From the NCBI RefSeq assembly GCF_963506605.1, contig NC_083278.1:54064001-54128000 (forward strand): DNA of 64,000 bases, read 5' to 3'. Below are positions 63,187 to 64,000 of the stretch, one piece after another. Position 1 is the stretch's first letter; each line of letters starts with the position of its first letter. The position numbers and the translations under genes were made by a program. This stretch comes from Zootoca vivipara (lineage: Eukaryota). The notes beneath the pieces were generated by a model that ran no database searches, was not told where the DNA came from, and saw only the letters and a list, made by a program, of their open reading frames with translations.

Positions 63187-63420
63187 CAGGCTTCCTCAAC
63201 CTTGGGCCTCCAGCATAGCTGCCAAGTTTTCCCTTTTCTCGCGAGGAAGCCTATTCAGCATAAGGGAAAATCCCTGTAAAAAAGGGATAACTTGGCAGCT
63301 ATGGCCTCCAGAGGTTTTGAGACTACAATTCCCATCACCCCTGACCACTGGTCCTGCTAGCTGGGGATCATGGGAGTTGTAGGCCAAAAACATCTGGAGG
63401 GCCAAGGTTGAGGAAGCCTG
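63187..63420. mobile_element. hAT MITE, CAGG-ended family, host of a nested MITE
   Basis: TIR CAGGCTTCCTCAACCTTGG; TSD CTCTGGTT/CTCTAGTT. Confidence 0.9.
63214..63303. mobile_element. 90-bp hAT MITE, copy 4 (nested)
   Basis: 15-bp TIR; exact TSD GCCTCCAG at 63206-63213 and 63304-63311. Confidence 0.92.
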
Positions 63421-64000
63421 CTCTAGTTCATCATTCCATCATCCAGCAAGAATCAGTCACATGCCATAGGGAAAATTACAACACAAACAAAGCATGATGG
63501 TGATGTTTGTTGCTAAATCCCAAGCTGTTCATGAACAGTTTCTTCTTCTTCTTGCTTTCATGACTGGTTGTTTTCACAATATCTATCCTAGCTGTGTATT
63601 ATCAGATGCTTTTAAAAGACCTTATATATTAGTGGCCATTCCAATCTCCAATGGCAATTAATTGCATTAGTTAATTATATGTACCAGCAGTGTGCACTGA
63701 CTGCAATATTTGACTTGTATCTGAATGTGTAGCTTTGATAGAGCAGCCCAATCTGTTTTTGACTTGTTCTGTCTTTCTAGTTTGACTCATTATCTGTGAC
63801 TGAATTAGATCTATTAAAAATGAAGCTGTGTGACCACCCACCCCATCTGGTATATATTTTGGAAAGCAGTTTTTCTGTCTGTTTTCTATAGGTTCAGATT
63901 CCTCTTGAGATATCAGCACCAAACTCAGCATGAGGTTTCCCAAGGTCAGATTGACACTTTCCATCAACATTTGGATGCCAGAAAGACTTTAGTGTGACTG

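Noticed and set aside
63671-63970. 99-aa minus-strand ORF at the window edge
   Set aside because: No recognisable domain or supported splice structure; length is within chance expectation.

Overview
Non-coding vertebrate DNA from a squamate, probably a lacertid-type lizard (inferred from Sauria SINEs, RTE-BovB and lizard-type L2/CR1/L1 remnants). No host protein-coding exon could be supported; every recognisable ORF is transposon-derived. The window holds L2, CR1, L1, RTE and BovB LINE fragments, Sauria and MIR-like SINEs, several hAT and Tc1/pogo MITE families with visible TIRs and TSDs, microsatellites and a 137-N gap (11640-11776). The most notable signal is five Penelope-like (GIY-YIG) insertions (8042-8629, 9287-9417, 9609-9863, 29210-29403, 31715-32103). 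They carry six complete minimal type-I hammerhead ribozyme motifs, one with a G12A change, plus one half motif. Most are in inverted arrangements that place an antisense copy next to the ribozyme. Hammerheads in Penelope-like elements are a known class; their arrangement and activity here are untested. Other points of interest: a young 90-bp hAT MITE in four copies, a CpG-rich palindromic hAT element, a 131-bp inverted duplication fused to a clipped MITE end beside the gap, and an unclassified structured element at about 56.1-57.0 kb. All coordinates were read by eye and may be off by a few bases; family names were not checked against a database.
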